Positions 1-10,566 of a stretch of DNA of 64,000 nucleotides are shown here, piece after piece. Made by a program: the position numbers and the translations under genes. This stretch comes from a virus (Duplodnaviria > Caudoviricetes): positions 1-64,000 of the IMG/VR virus record IMGVR_UViG_3300025196_000011; one strand, given 5' to 3'. The notes beneath the pieces are model-generated. The model was not told the DNA's origin. It ran no database searches and saw only the letters and a program-made list of their open reading frames with translations. Each line of letters starts with the position of its first letter. Within the stretch, counting starts at the first letter, position 1.

Positions 1-498
1 ATGAGCGACGCAACCGTAACCCGTACCAAGTTTAAAGCCGCCATTACTGAGCTAGTGGTAAACCGTGGCCTAACTGTTGATATGCACAGCGACGGCGATT
101 TAATCGGCAAGGTGTTTGCTAAAAGCGGCATCAAGGAATTTTTAGAAACTTCACGCGAAGTTGAGTATTTTGAATTGACCGTGAGTAACGGCCAATGGCT
201 TTTATTTGTAAACGAAGCGGACGGCATGGAATTAAGCGACTTTACCGAACGTCATCTTGATATTGTCAATCTGTTTAGCAATGAGCTTGTCGAGCCAGCG
301 CCGGTAGTACACTTCCGCATCACAACCGATAATAACTCGACTTGGGGCTTGTATAGCGACACCATCGAGGGCGCTATCGATGAATCTAGCGAACTGGTCA
401 AAGGCGGCAACGTCGGCGCGATTATCAAAGATATGGCCGGCAATCCCTTGCGCCAAAAGATGACCGGCGTTGATGGCTGGTCAGTCGTTAGCAACTAA
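1..498 (+). CDS. hypothetical protein
   Basis: 165-aa ORF, first of four co-directional plus-strand ORFs; may be 5'-truncated by the window edge. Confidence 0.6.
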   Translation: MSDATVTRTKFKAAITELVVNRGLTVDMHSDGDLIGKVFAKSGIKEFLETSREVEYFELTVSNGQWLLFVNEADGMELSDFTERHLDIVNLFSNELVEPAPVVHFRITTDNNSTWGLYSDTIEGAIDESSELVKGGNVGAIIKDMAGNPLRQKMTGVDGWSVVSN

Positions 499-554
499 TC
501 ACCCCGCCGGCTTGCAATCCCGCAAGCCGGCAACCTACTTTCAAGGATTCCAAC

Positions 555-926
555 ATGACTGGCATGAATAAAGTTATCGCTAATAATGGCGAAAATGTCG
601 ATAAATTTTGGTGCGAGATTCAGCGCAACATTGAAATGATTTGCGCGCTACCTGATAGCGTCGTCATCACTGTTGGCGGCGGCTTGCATGATAGCTACGG
701 CAATATCAGTAACGCCGATATACATTGCGACGATAGCAAGGCGTGGATAACGCTTAGCAAACGCCATACGCTCACGTTTTTTGAAAAAAGCGATTATGTA
801 GCGCTCAATAGCAGCCAAGGTAAGGATTTGGCCGCCACGGCAAAAAGCGAGATTGAATATGTCTTTAGCTTCTCAAAAGCCATCACGTATGACCAACTGC
901 TCGGGGAGAATGGACAATGGAACTAG
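555..926 (+). CDS. hypothetical protein
   Basis: 123-aa ORF preceded by AAGGA RBS. Confidence 0.65.
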   Translation: MTGMNKVIANNGENVDKFWCEIQRNIEMICALPDSVVITVGGGLHDSYGNISNADIHCDDSKAWITLSKRHTLTFFEKSDYVALNSSQGKDLAATAKSEIEYVFSFSKAITYDQLLGENGQWN

Positions 927-1300
927 GTTTTAGTTTTGCCAAGTTTACCGAAGTCACGCCGCTTGCGTTCAAGGTAAACCCTGAGTATGAGGCCAACGGC
1001 TATACGCGCGTATTCGTCTGCGAAGATACGCACGTCTTTTGGGTGGCGCGTATCATGGCTGGCTTTGATGAAAATTATGAGCCATCAGCGGGTAGCTATC
1101 TTGTCGAGCGCAACCAAGTAGACAAAAGCCATAAAGGCGAAAAATTGACGGGATTAGTAACCCTTAAGCTGCTTAAGCATGATGAATTTGATAACTGGGA
1201 TTGCGCGGCTTATAGCAGCCTTGATGATGCCATTGAAAGCATCGACGGCGGTTACGGTATCCTATGCTTACAAGACAACCAAGGTGCAAACAATGAATGA
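917..1300 (+). CDS. hypothetical protein
   Basis: 127-aa ORF, GGAG RBS, overlaps both neighbours. Confidence 0.65.
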   Translation: MELGFSFAKFTEVTPLAFKVNPEYEANGYTRVFVCEDTHVFWVARIMAGFDENYEPSAGSYLVERNQVDKSHKGEKLTGLVTLKLLKHDEFDNWDCAAYSSLDDAIESIDGGYGILCLQDNQGANNE

Positions 1301-1724
1301 TATTATCGAGCAACTAGAAGCGGCCGGTTATCGCGTGATAATGGTCATTGGCGCGTCAGGCGGCAATCTATACCAGCTAAAAAAGGACGGTATCACCTAC
1401 CCGCAAGCTGAACCAAGCGACGAGGGTTACGTTAAGTCAAAAAATGGTAGCACTGGCATACCTGATATTGATATAGAATATCACTATAGCAAGCATGGCC
1501 TAGATGGCGTTATACGGCTGTTTAAGCCGCGTAAAAAATCAAAGCTACCAATCTATACCCAAAAGGCGAAATCGGCCTACCGTGAAAGAAATACTAGCGT
1601 TACGTTCACGATAAACGTCAATAGCGAGGCCGACGTTTTAGAATGGCTCAATCGCCAAAGCAATAAAAGCGGTGCGATTAAAAGCCTGATTCGTCAGGCG
1701 GCCGCAAGAGAAAAACATCAGTAA
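1293..1724 (+). CDS. protein with C-terminal ribbon-helix-helix-like DNA-binding motif
   Basis: Start re-assigned to ATG 1293 (AAGGT RBS, overlaps previous stop); C-terminus YRERNTSVTFTINVNSEADVLEWLNRQSNKSGAIKSLIR resembles phage RHH proteins. Confidence 0.55.
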   Translation: MNDIIEQLEAAGYRVIMVIGASGGNLYQLKKDGITYPQAEPSDEGYVKSKNGSTGIPDIDIEYHYSKHGLDGVIRLFKPRKKSKLPIYTQKAKSAYRERNTSVTFTINVNSEADVLEWLNRQSNKSGAIKSLIRQAAAREKHQ

Positions 1725-1736
1725 ATGCGAACAAAT

Positions 1737-1769
1737 AAAAAGCCCTATCGTTGCGATAGGGCTTTTTTT
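1737..1769. terminator. bidirectional intrinsic terminator
   Basis: aaaaagccctatcg-ttg-cgatagggcttttt perfect inverted repeat between convergent gene blocks. Confidence 0.9.
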
Positions 1770-1911
1770 ACAATAATGAATAACGAAGATTCCAATTCTA
1801 ATCAAAAACAGAATATGACGTAACCAGCGTCATAGCTCATTATAACCGGTTATTTCCATCATATAAAACTATTTACTATCATCATTGGTGGCCGGCTGTT
1901 ATGTGTAAAAA

Positions 1912-2358
1912 TTAATTACTCAAACTTTCTAACCTGTTGTAAGTGCGTATTCTATGGCAATTAGAACAAACTACCTCACATTTCTTAATCTCAACTTTGG
2001 CGGACTTGATGCTTTTCGCATTGCAAACATTAAATGATTTCTTTCCTGTTACGTGGTCGAAATCTAAAGCCGTATGATGTGCATTATAGCCGCAATCAGA
2101 ACAGCCAACAGCTAGCTTAAAATCCGCTAAAAAATTGCGTATCTTGGCCGCTCTTATATTGGCCTTGTCATTCAGGACTCTACGGTAATTACTGCAAGAG
2201 ACTCTTTTTGCATACAACTCTTGGCGTTTTTCATTTGTCATTCTAGCCCCATGTTTTGCATATCTATCCTTGTTTTTGCAACGAGGCGAACAAAATTTGG
2301 TATTAAGATGCCTGTGACTTATATCATTATTGCAATTAGAATAGCTGCAAATTCTCAT
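1912..2358 (-). CDS. HNH endonuclease with N-terminal Cys-rich (zinc-finger) region
   Basis: GCSDCG...LDFDH...CEVVCSNCHRIRT HNH signature plus N-terminal CxxxxC/CSPRC; AT-rich. Confidence 0.85.
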   Translation of the reverse strand: MRICSYSNCNNDISHRHLNTKFCSPRCKNKDRYAKHGARMTNEKRQELYAKRVSCSNYRRVLNDKANIRAAKIRNFLADFKLAVGCSDCGYNAHHTALDFDHVTGKKSFNVCNAKSIKSAKVEIKKCEVVCSNCHRIRTYNRLESLSN

Positions 2359-2407
2359 GTTACTTTATCCTAAACGGTTTTTATAATATATCATACCATG
2401 TAAGCCG

Positions 2408-2677
2408 TTAATTTACTGAGTTAAAGTAAACGCGCTCAATGCGCTGTATGATTTGCTTGCCGGTTGCCGCTTGATAGCCAAGTAAAAATAATTTTGCAAG
2501 CTGCACGCCCTTACCCTCTAAGCGTCCGCCAGTCATACGGCCGGCGACGGCCTCATTAAAGCAAAAGCGGTAAAACGCTATATCGCGCGGCAATCTAAGG
2601 CTATCCCAATGACGTTCGTTGATGACCGCCTCGTAAAAAGCATAAAAAGCCTTGTCGTACTCTTCTTTATCCATCAT
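2408..2677 (-). CDS. hypothetical protein
   Basis: 89-aa ORF in the darB operon with AAGGA RBS. Confidence 0.65.
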   Translation of the reverse strand: MMDKEEYDKAFYAFYEAVINERHWDSLRLPRDIAFYRFCFNEAVAGRMTGGRLEGKGVQLAKLFLLGYQAATGKQIIQRIERVYFNSVN

Positions 2678-2686
2678 AAGGCGTCC

Positions 2687-3115
2687 TTAATCATCAAACG
2701 TGCTTTGGGTAATGCTACTGCGATTTTCCATATCGGCGTCATAAAGAACAAAGTCAGGCCGGCGGTTATCGATTGTCCAACGGGTGTTATCAACCGTTAC
2801 CTTGTTGCTCATGTCAAGGTAAAATAAATCGGCGGCGACGATGGTTTCATCGTCGGTTGCGCCTTTATAGCAATTGGCCATATTAACGTCGGTTTCCTCA
2901 CCGACGTCGTAACCTTGGCGACGCAATACGTCTTTGAGCGCCCACCAATAAACGCCATACACGCGGTAGCGCTCAATATTGGTTTTTAGGCGCTCATAAA
3001 TCACGCCAGCGGCAAACTCGGTAAAGTTTGCGTTCGGCTCATTGACGGCTAGCGCCTTTTTGGTGTCCGCTGTCTTTTGGGCTAAAAAGTCAGGGTCAAA
3101 CAGATAGTTATTCAT
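2687..3115 (-). CDS. ulx: Ulx-like protein (P1 DarB-incorporation factor)
   Basis: RLKTNIERYRVYGVYWWALKDVLRRQGY matches the recalled P1 Ulx motif RLLKNPRLYRSYGPYWPEIKKLLLERGY; directly downstream of darB as in P1. Confidence 0.8.
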   Translation of the reverse strand: MNNYLFDPDFLAQKTADTKKALAVNEPNANFTEFAAGVIYERLKTNIERYRVYGVYWWALKDVLRRQGYDVGEETDVNMANCYKGATDDETIVAADLFYLDMSNKVTVDNTRWTIDNRRPDFVLYDADMENRSSITQSTFDD

Positions 3116-3124
3116 GTCATATCC

Positions 3125-6100
3125 TTAATTGTAATTGGTGCGCATGGTTAGCTCGGTTGCAAGGCTTGGCTTATCTTCAATCATTTTGCGCCACGCGCTA
3201 TGAGTGATACCCCAAACGCTTTGTCTGCCGTACCAGCGCGATTTTCTACCGCCTGAGACAACATGGCCATAGCTATCGGCATAGGCTTTGATGGTGTCTT
3301 TATTGTCCTTGGTGTTACCGCCAATAAAGACGACGGTTTTGTCATCAATGCCTGATTCATTTGCCGCGGCGCTATCACTGGCACTGCCATCAGCGGCGGC
3401 GGCCTCTTCAATAGCCTTGCCAGCCTCACGCTGGGCGTTGGTCAACGCTCTATTCATAGCAGAAATCACATCATAATCATTGCCAAAACGGCTTTTTACT
3501 GTACCGACGATGATATTTAAAATATCAATTTGAATATCATCATCAGTGATACCGGTAGTGTATTGGCTATGGCTGATATAATCATTATAAACTTTGACCG
3601 CTAATCTTTTGAACGTATTAGGGTCGCTATCGGCGGTTATTTTATTTAGAACCGCATTAACGCCGTCGTTCACATTGGCTGCATTGTAGCGAACCACGTT
3701 GACCAAAAAGCGGGCGTTATTCATCAAGTAAGTATCGCCGTCGCTCAGCTTCACGCCCGCGTCTTTCACTATATCGGCCACAAATTTAAAGTATTCGTCT
3801 CTATCGCTGGCGATATTTAACATCATGCGGCGCGGTGCAACGCGGACGTTTTCATCATCAACGATAAACTTGCCGGCGGCCACATCGACGGTAATGTTAT
3901 GTTTTTGGTAGAAGTCGATAGCAGCGGCGGCAAACGCTGTGCCCGTGCTCAATAGGCTTAGCGGCAACATATACTTGGCGTTAGAACCTTTGATTTCCGC
4001 TTGGCGGTCGTCCATGCCAGCCTCAATATCCCAAAGCGGTTTAACGCTAGCGTCGCGGTACTCAGCGACTATCGGCAAGGCGGTGCTATAAACGGCTTTA
4101 CCCTCACTCAATAAAGTACGTCTATGCCAGTCATCTTCAAGGGCGGCGGCTTTTTTAACCAAGGATAAATAGCGGCTGTCGCTTGGTAAGACAACTTCCA
4201 TTTTCCCCATGCGCAAATAGGTTAATCGCTCTTTTGACGGGCTAACATTACTAAAACCGCTTCTCATTGAATCCTCAGTCGCCTTAACGGCTTCAAGGTC
4301 TTTAGTAATCACGTAAAGATTATTGTTATCGGCCTCAAAGTCATAAAGAAAAGCATCAACGGCAAAAAACCGGCCGTCAACAACGGTCGCTTGTTTGTTC
4401 ACAATTTGCGCGCCGGCATCAGGCGGTAAGCTAACGCCATCGATACCCATTTCGTCAGCGATAAAATTGGCTGCAATCACCGATTGGTCAATCAAACTTT
4501 CAGCGGTGGCGCGGGCATCATCAAACGCCGCTTGATAAAAACTGTCTTTATCGACGGCCACTTCTTTGTAATCCCAATCGACGCCCTTGTTAAACTCTCT
4601 TCGCTCAAACATTCTGCGCCAATTTCTCGTCTCAGACGGCTTGTATTCCTTGCTATCCTCAAAAACACTGTCATACATTTGCTCAGCGGTTTTGCTCGCT
4701 TTAACCGTGTTGCCGGTTGGATTGTATCGATAGGTTTTTTCGTCGCGCGTCATTTCTGCAATGCTAACAGAATCTATGATTTCGTTTAGGCGGCCGATGG
4801 CGTTCTCTTTTTGCTGCTCATAAAGCGCCAAGCCTTTTTGCAAGGCGGCCGGCTTGATTTTAGGGTTTTCGTTTTTGGTCGCAAGCGCGCGGTTTTCGCG
4901 GATAATAGCAACAACATCAATAATCGCTTGCTCGTAGAAGCTCTCCGCTGACAGATTGGCAATTAAATTGGTCTGTTCTTGCATGACCTCAATGTTAATC
5001 CCTTGGCGTTTGATAGCAAGCGCGCGGGCGGCGGCGGCCTCGTTTTCGTCACGGGTTCGCTGATACTCACGCATGGCCTCTTTACTACCGCCAGCGGTGA
5101 TAAGGGCGTCTTTTTCGGTGTTGGTGATACTACCTGATACCTTGATGGTATTTTTACCATCACCTTTGAGCACGCCGGTTATCCATTCGTCTTTTTTATC
5201 AATCATGGTGCGCTTAAATTCATCAAACGTGCCGTCGGCGTCATAGTGATAAATCATAACCTTTTCGGTCTTGTTGCCTTGGCGCGCGCCGCGTCCGTTG
5301 CGCTGCTCTAAGCTGTCAGGCGTCCAGCCGGTCGTTAAATGGTGGATAGCCTGAGTACCGCGCTGCAAATTGATACCTACCTCGGCCTTTTCGTTGGCAA
5401 TGATGACTTGGTACTGATTGTCGTCACCGTGGGCGTTGAAGCCGTCTTGAATATCAATCATTTCGTCAGGCTCGTTATTCACTTGGCCGGTAATAATCGC
5501 AATCTTACTGGCACTCACACCGCCTGATTTGGCCAAAATCTTTTTAATCTTGTTATGCAAAAAGATATGGTCACAAAAAATGATTTGCTTAACGATATGG
5601 CTTGCCGTGCCATCGTCGGCCGCGCCGCGGGGGCTTGCTTGCTCAGCTTTAAAGTTTTCGAGCAAGGCGGCAATTTTGGCCGATACGGTCACATCAAGAT
5701 TAAGGCCGGCTTTGTCTGCCAACGCCTCAAAGTTGCTTTGCGTCTTGCCGCTTAAGGTGTCAATGACGATACGCTTGCGGCCACTGTGCAAAATAATCTT
5801 GGCCATGGCTTTGATTTTATAGCCTTTCAATACCTTTTCTTTGCCCTCAGTGACAAAAATCGGCTCAGCGTCGTCAGGGTTGGTATAAGGCGACGGCTTT
5901 TTGCGCTTCTCAATGTAGGCTTTGGCATTAAACGCATCGACAACCTTTTGCGCAATTTTCTCTTGGGCGGCTTCAAAGTCATAGAAGCTGGCACGTTCGG
6001 CAAATTCAGCATCAGCAATCACAACGTCCATTTTGCGTATAAGGTTAAACGGCGCGGCGATAAGGTCGATAGGTTCGCCATATTTGGCCATCACGCGGCT

Positions 6101-9100
6101 AATAGGGCTGTTTGGGTTGTCAGGGCTTTGCGGGTGCTCGGGGTTATTCAGCGCCGGATTAGGAAAGTCTTTAACCAGCTCTTTTGCGGTGGTGTAAGCG
6201 TCTTGAAACTCTTGTAGCTGCTGGCTTGCGGCACTGTCTAATACCACGCTGGTCGCGGTCAATTCGCGGTCAGGGATAACGACGGACATACCGACGTCTT
6301 GGGCGTCTTTAATAACTGCTTGCGAGTTGACCAAGCTACGCAAAATTTGCGCGTTTCTAATGCCGGTAAAGACGTTTTGCGAGCGCTCGCCGCCGTCGAT
6401 GGTTGGCAAGGTTTCTTCTTCAATTTGACACATGATTTTGATGAAGTCATCAGCGCCTTGGATGCCGCCACACATTTTATTGACGGTATCGCGGCCACTT
6501 GCCAGCGCCATCATTGAATAGATTTCAAGTGGGCTGTTGGTGATAGGCGTGGCGGTCAATAACTGAACGCCGTCTTTATTAGCGGTTAGGCTGCGGATAT
6601 ACCATAGCTTCGCTTGGGCGTCCTCACCGCGTTTTGATTTCTCCGGCTGCGACAAATAACGGATACCGCTATCGGTGGTCGGCGCGGTGATTGAGTTTTT
6701 AAAGGCGTGGGCTTCATCAATGACCACGCTGTCAATTTTCATATCTTCTAAAAATGGCGCGTTGCTGTTCACGGTCAATAATTTAATCATGCTGGCCGTC
6801 ATGCCTTTTGTGCGCTCGTCGTCTTTATGGGTCAATTTATCTTCATACGCGGCATCGGTGTCTTTCACGTACTGCGTATAGTCCGCGATGGTATCCTCTT
6901 TTAAGCGCAAGCGTTTGAACGCCTCAAAAGTCATAAAGATTTTGCGATACTTGCCATCAACGGCGGTCAATAAATCTTCGTCGTACTTGTTAGAAAATAC
7001 GCGGAATTTATCACCGGTTTCCCGTAGGCCGATAAAGATACAATCATCGGTGTTTTCATAGGCAAAGGTGGCCTCTTTACGCCAGTTTGACAGCACGCTA
7101 TTGGGTACGACAAAAATGGTTTTTTTCTTCACGCCGATATTATGGACGTGCTGCACGCTCGATAATGACGAAAAGGTTTTACCAAGGCCGACGCCCATGC
7201 CGTTGATACCGCCAAAAAAGCGCCCTTGGCTGCGAACGAACGCATTTTGATAGCCGTGTAAGGATAAGGCCGGATTCATGCCAGCAATATCGATAGGCGT
7301 TTCATCGGCGTTTTGGGTGAAGAATAAATTGGCTTCATCACCGGTTTTGCGTGCCAAACTTTCCATCACGCGCTTATCAGATTTCGCCCACGTATTAAAT
7401 TTAACGTTGGCCTTGTTGACCTCTTCGGTTATCCAGTTTAAGGCCTCGCGCTGGCTCATGGTTTCAAGTTTGACGCCGCCCAAGCTAATCGTACCGCGAT
7501 TAATCCAGTCGCCAATACGGTTGTATAACTTGCCTAAATCCTGCTCACGGCGGCCGCCGGTCTTATCTTTGACGTCAATATCAGCGATTGGATTGCCGGC
7601 GGTGGTCGTACCGACAAAGGCGTCACGGTGTACCGATTGCTTTAAGAAGCGCACTTTATCTTCGGGGCTGATAAGCGGGGTTCTTAAATCGAGCTGAATA
7701 TTCACAAGGTCAATACGGCTCACGTTGTCGCGCGCATAGTCTTTTTGACGTTTTAACTTGTCAATGATAGTGGGGTCGGTCGCTTGCTCAATCTGTTTGT
7801 CAATGTCGGCCAAACGGTCGGCTAGGCTACCGACTAAAAAGTCATTGGCGGAAATCACTTGGCTGCCATCAGCGTTAATAAACCACTCATTCGAGGTCAT
7901 CGGGTCGGCGCTCGGGTCAACCTTGGCCAACTGCTCACGGCTTAAAAATAGGCTTTTATTTTCATACTGCAAACGGCCTATAACACTTTGGTAGCTGCTG
8001 ACGTCGGCATTATCGGCTATTTCGGTGTTCACCTCACCGCGCCACGCGGCGTTATATTTCCCGCCAGCATAATACAAGGCAATGCGGTTATGGTCTTGTT
8101 TTGGGTCGCCGGTTAGCTTGGCATTTTTACCATCTAAAAACGCGGTTTTCATAAAGGCGGTTAGCTTGCGTTCGCCATTGACAAAATCAAAGCCGTATTC
8201 GTGGGCTTCGATGGCTTCTTGAATCGCTTGCGAGCAAATAACGCAATCCCACGCGGCGGCGCGTAGTTTTTCACTGACAGATTGCGTGCGCTTAATCAGT
8301 GCGACGGTATATTCGGGAATGAGGCCGTTTTGATTGGTCTTTTCGCTGTAGCTAATCACTTGCTCAACTTGCGCATAGGTCACGCCAGCGATGACCATAT
8401 CAAGGGCGTTACCCATGACGGCCAAACGGTCTTGAATTTCGCGGTCGGTGTCGGTGACTTCTTTGGCCATCACTTGCCATTGGCCATCTTGATACTGCAA
8501 CTGTTGGCCATTTTGAAAGACGGTATCGCCGTTTTTGTATTCGATAACCTCGGTTTCGGCGGCGTCCAGTGCTGACCAGTCAATGCGGCTTTTGCCAAAC
8601 TTGCGCATCATTTTAGCGATTTCGGGGGTTTTTTTCGTACCGGCGGTGGCGTTGGTGTCTTTGACCGTTTCGGCCATCTTGCCCCAGCGGTTTTTTTCCA
8701 TGACCACCTCACCTAAAATCAGCTTTTTATTTTCGGGCTGTTTAAAGTAATGGCCATCTAAGTAATCAGGCCATAGCACGCCCGCGCGATTCAAGGTGTC
8801 CACATCACCAGCGGCATATAAATCGTCTATCTTGTCGCTGACCTCGCGGCTAAATTTGCGGAATACAATCACGTCCGTCACCACGTCCGCGCCGGTCTGT
8901 TCAAACACGCTGTTTGGCAAGCGACAAGCGCCCAAAAGCTCCGCCTTTAAACTGGCTTTATGGCGCATTTTTTTAGACAAAGCATCACGGCCTGAGATAA
9001 CCGACGTCGGAACGATAAAGACAGCCAAGCCGCCATATTTCAGCTTCTCCAATGAGCGCAAAATAAAGTACGCTTGCAAGGTTTCTTTTTGGTAGCAATC

Positions 9101-9877
9101 GTCTTTATCGGCATTAGCGCCGCGCGTTTTATTGTCACCAAACGGCACGTTAGTTATGACCATATCAAGGCTGTTGTTTGGCATGGTTTTGGCTTGCACT
9201 TCAAACGGCGATATGATGGTATTGCTGCGGCTGCCATCGTTTAATATCTTACCGATACCGCCTGAGATACTATCAAGCTCAATGCTATCAACGACGGCGT
9301 TTTCGGGTGACATAGCGGCAAAAATGCCCGTACCGGCCGATGGGTCGAGCACCTTGCCGCCTTTAAAGCCAAACGCTTCGGCCACATCCCATAATTCGGT
9401 CGCTACTTCTTTTGGGGTGTAATATTCATACGCTGAACCGACGCGCTCGTCATCTGCTTTTAAGCCGCCGCCTGAGCCGGTATAAGTAACCAAGGTTTCA
9501 ATCTGTTCGGGGGTTAAGTCGTCGCGGGTAAGCTCTTTTAGCTCAATCTCTTTTAACAAAGCAATGGCGGCGTTATTGGCGCGCTGGCGGGCGGCTGGCT
9601 TGGCCGGAATAACAATAGTGTTACGGTCTACCATTTTGGTTGTGGGTAGATAGTCGGTATCAGCCGTCGTTAAGGGCGCTGAATCGGCCGCTGTGGGCGT
9701 TGTTTCTTCGTCCGGCTGCCCTTGGGTGTCGCTGCCCTTTAAAAAGCCAAGCTCAATCAATGCGGCGGTTAGCTTTTGCGCGCTCAGCATACTTTCAATG
9801 ACGGTCGGGGCGTTTTGCATATCCGCAAGCGCTGCCCGTAGCGCTTCCAGCTTCATCATTTTTTCAGCAATATTCAT
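3125..9877 (-). CDS. darB: DarB antirestriction protein (N6-adenine MTase-like plus SNF2 helicase)
   Basis: 2250 aa; EYYTP, VLDPSAGTG and NVPFG MTase motifs; GVGLGKT, DEAH and TPITN SF2 motifs; size and motifs as in P1 DarB. Confidence 0.93.
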   Translation of the reverse strand: MNIAEKMMKLEALRAALADMQNAPTVIESMLSAQKLTAALIELGFLKGSDTQGQPDEETTPTAADSAPLTTADTDYLPTTKMVDRNTIVIPAKPAARQRANNAAIALLKEIELKELTRDDLTPEQIETLVTYTGSGGGLKADDERVGSAYEYYTPKEVATELWDVAEAFGFKGGKVLDPSAGTGIFAAMSPENAVVDSIELDSISGGIGKILNDGSRSNTIISPFEVQAKTMPNNSLDMVITNVPFGDNKTRGANADKDDCYQKETLQAYFILRSLEKLKYGGLAVFIVPTSVISGRDALSKKMRHKASLKAELLGACRLPNSVFEQTGADVVTDVIVFRKFSREVSDKIDDLYAAGDVDTLNRAGVLWPDYLDGHYFKQPENKKLILGEVVMEKNRWGKMAETVKDTNATAGTKKTPEIAKMMRKFGKSRIDWSALDAAETEVIEYKNGDTVFQNGQQLQYQDGQWQVMAKEVTDTDREIQDRLAVMGNALDMVIAGVTYAQVEQVISYSEKTNQNGLIPEYTVALIKRTQSVSEKLRAAAWDCVICSQAIQEAIEAHEYGFDFVNGERKLTAFMKTAFLDGKNAKLTGDPKQDHNRIALYYAGGKYNAAWRGEVNTEIADNADVSSYQSVIGRLQYENKSLFLSREQLAKVDPSADPMTSNEWFINADGSQVISANDFLVGSLADRLADIDKQIEQATDPTIIDKLKRQKDYARDNVSRIDLVNIQLDLRTPLISPEDKVRFLKQSVHRDAFVGTTTAGNPIADIDVKDKTGGRREQDLGKLYNRIGDWINRGTISLGGVKLETMSQREALNWITEEVNKANVKFNTWAKSDKRVMESLARKTGDEANLFFTQNADETPIDIAGMNPALSLHGYQNAFVRSQGRFFGGINGMGVGLGKTFSSLSSVQHVHNIGVKKKTIFVVPNSVLSNWRKEATFAYENTDDCIFIGLRETGDKFRVFSNKYDEDLLTAVDGKYRKIFMTFEAFKRLRLKEDTIADYTQYVKDTDAAYEDKLTHKDDERTKGMTASMIKLLTVNSNAPFLEDMKIDSVVIDEAHAFKNSITAPTTDSGIRYLSQPEKSKRGEDAQAKLWYIRSLTANKDGVQLLTATPITNSPLEIYSMMALASGRDTVNKMCGGIQGADDFIKIMCQIEEETLPTIDGGERSQNVFTGIRNAQILRSLVNSQAVIKDAQDVGMSVVIPDRELTATSVVLDSAASQQLQEFQDAYTTAKELVKDFPNPALNNPEHPQSPDNPNSPISRVMAKYGEPIDLIAAPFNLIRKMDVVIADAEFAERASFYDFEAAQEKIAQKVVDAFNAKAYIEKRKKPSPYTNPDDAEPIFVTEGKEKVLKGYKIKAMAKIILHSGRKRIVIDTLSGKTQSNFEALADKAGLNLDVTVSAKIAALLENFKAEQASPRGAADDGTASHIVKQIIFCDHIFLHNKIKKILAKSGGVSASKIAIITGQVNNEPDEMIDIQDGFNAHGDDNQYQVIIANEKAEVGINLQRGTQAIHHLTTGWTPDSLEQRNGRGARQGNKTEKVMIYHYDADGTFDEFKRTMIDKKDEWITGVLKGDGKNTIKVSGSITNTEKDALITAGGSKEAMREYQRTRDENEAAAARALAIKRQGINIEVMQEQTNLIANLSAESFYEQAIIDVVAIIRENRALATKNENPKIKPAALQKGLALYEQQKENAIGRLNEIIDSVSIAEMTRDEKTYRYNPTGNTVKASKTAEQMYDSVFEDSKEYKPSETRNWRRMFERREFNKGVDWDYKEVAVDKDSFYQAAFDDARATAESLIDQSVIAANFIADEMGIDGVSLPPDAGAQIVNKQATVVDGRFFAVDAFLYDFEADNNNLYVITKDLEAVKATEDSMRSGFSNVSPSKERLTYLRMGKMEVVLPSDSRYLSLVKKAAALEDDWHRRTLLSEGKAVYSTALPIVAEYRDASVKPLWDIEAGMDDRQAEIKGSNAKYMLPLSLLSTGTAFAAAAIDFYQKHNITVDVAAGKFIVDDENVRVAPRRMMLNIASDRDEYFKFVADIVKDAGVKLSDGDTYLMNNARFLVNVVRYNAANVNDGVNAVLNKITADSDPNTFKRLAVKVYNDYISHSQYTTGITDDDIQIDILNIIVGTVKSRFGNDYDVISAMNRALTNAQREAGKAIEEAAAADGSASDSAAANESGIDDKTVVFIGGNTKDNKDTIKAYADSYGHVVSGGRKSRWYGRQSVWGITHSAWRKMIEDKPSLATELTMRTNYN

Positions 9878-9916
9878 ATCGTTTTGTCCGGTGTTGGTTG
9901 ATAATAGCGTTAGCTA

Positions 9917-9955
9917 ATTATGACAAACAAACAAAACGCGCCCGCGCGGTGTTCC
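9917..9955 (-). promoter_or_regulatory. putative late promoter (darB operon)
   Basis: GGAACACC then CATAAT, 26 nt after GGAACAC. Confidence 0.7.
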
Positions 9956-9970
9956 ATCTACGGTGGGCAT

Positions 9971-10004
9971 AAAAAAACCCCATCATTATCGACGGGGTTT
10001 TTTT
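9971..10004. terminator. intrinsic terminator
   Basis: A7-cccc...gggg-T7 hairpin. Confidence 0.7.
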
Positions 10005-10018
10005 GGGTTTGGGCGGGG

Positions 10019-10441
10019 TTACTCTGCTTCGGTAAAGCCGGCCAACTCTTCAAGCGATAAAACCATGCTAAAGCATTTTCTTCTGTCGGCGTCATTTTCC
10101 ACATGGTCGGGCACGTTTTGCAAGGCCAATAAACCTATGTCGTACCGGTTTTCCTCAGCTTGCATTTTATATTTCACCGTATCAACGACGTATTCACACA
10201 AGGCCGGCAATAAATCGGCGTGTTTATTGATGATAAAGCTACGCAATAAAGCGGCGGAACGCTCACTCATGGCATCGACGGCATCGGACGCATCGGCCAA
10301 AACTTTGGCGGTGCGCTTGGCTTTTTGCAATTCTTGGTGTAGGTCATTTTTAACCGCGCTAAGCTCAGCTATCTGCTCATTAAGGGCGGTTATTTTTGAG
10401 GTTAAGGCTTCGACGATAATGTCGTTTTTATCAGTGCTCAT
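10019..10441 (-). CDS. hypothetical protein with N-terminal coiled coil
   Basis: 140-aa ORF flanked by terminators. Confidence 0.7.
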   Translation of the reverse strand: MSTDKNDIIVEALTSKITALNEQIAELSAVKNDLHQELQKAKRTAKVLADASDAVDAMSERSAALLRSFIINKHADLLPALCEYVVDTVKYKMQAEENRYDIGLLALQNVPDHVENDADRRKCFSMVLSLEELAGFTEAE

Positions 10442-10566
10442 ATTTTTACTCGCTTAGTAAAACGCTGGTTTGGGTTGCCGGAAGCGCGCCAGCGTAGCGC
10501 GCCTTTGGGCATTAAGAGCGACTTAATGCCTACCGACTTGGCAATAATAACAGTTTTCTTTTAAAT

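Noticed and set aside
506-531. 10-bp GC hairpin between the first two genes as a terminator or novel element
   Set aside because: No U-run on either strand and a single copy; most likely an mRNA stability or processing hairpin
2408-2677. Calling the 89-aa ORF lxc from its position after ulx
   Set aside because: No similarity to the P1 Lxc sequence as I recall it
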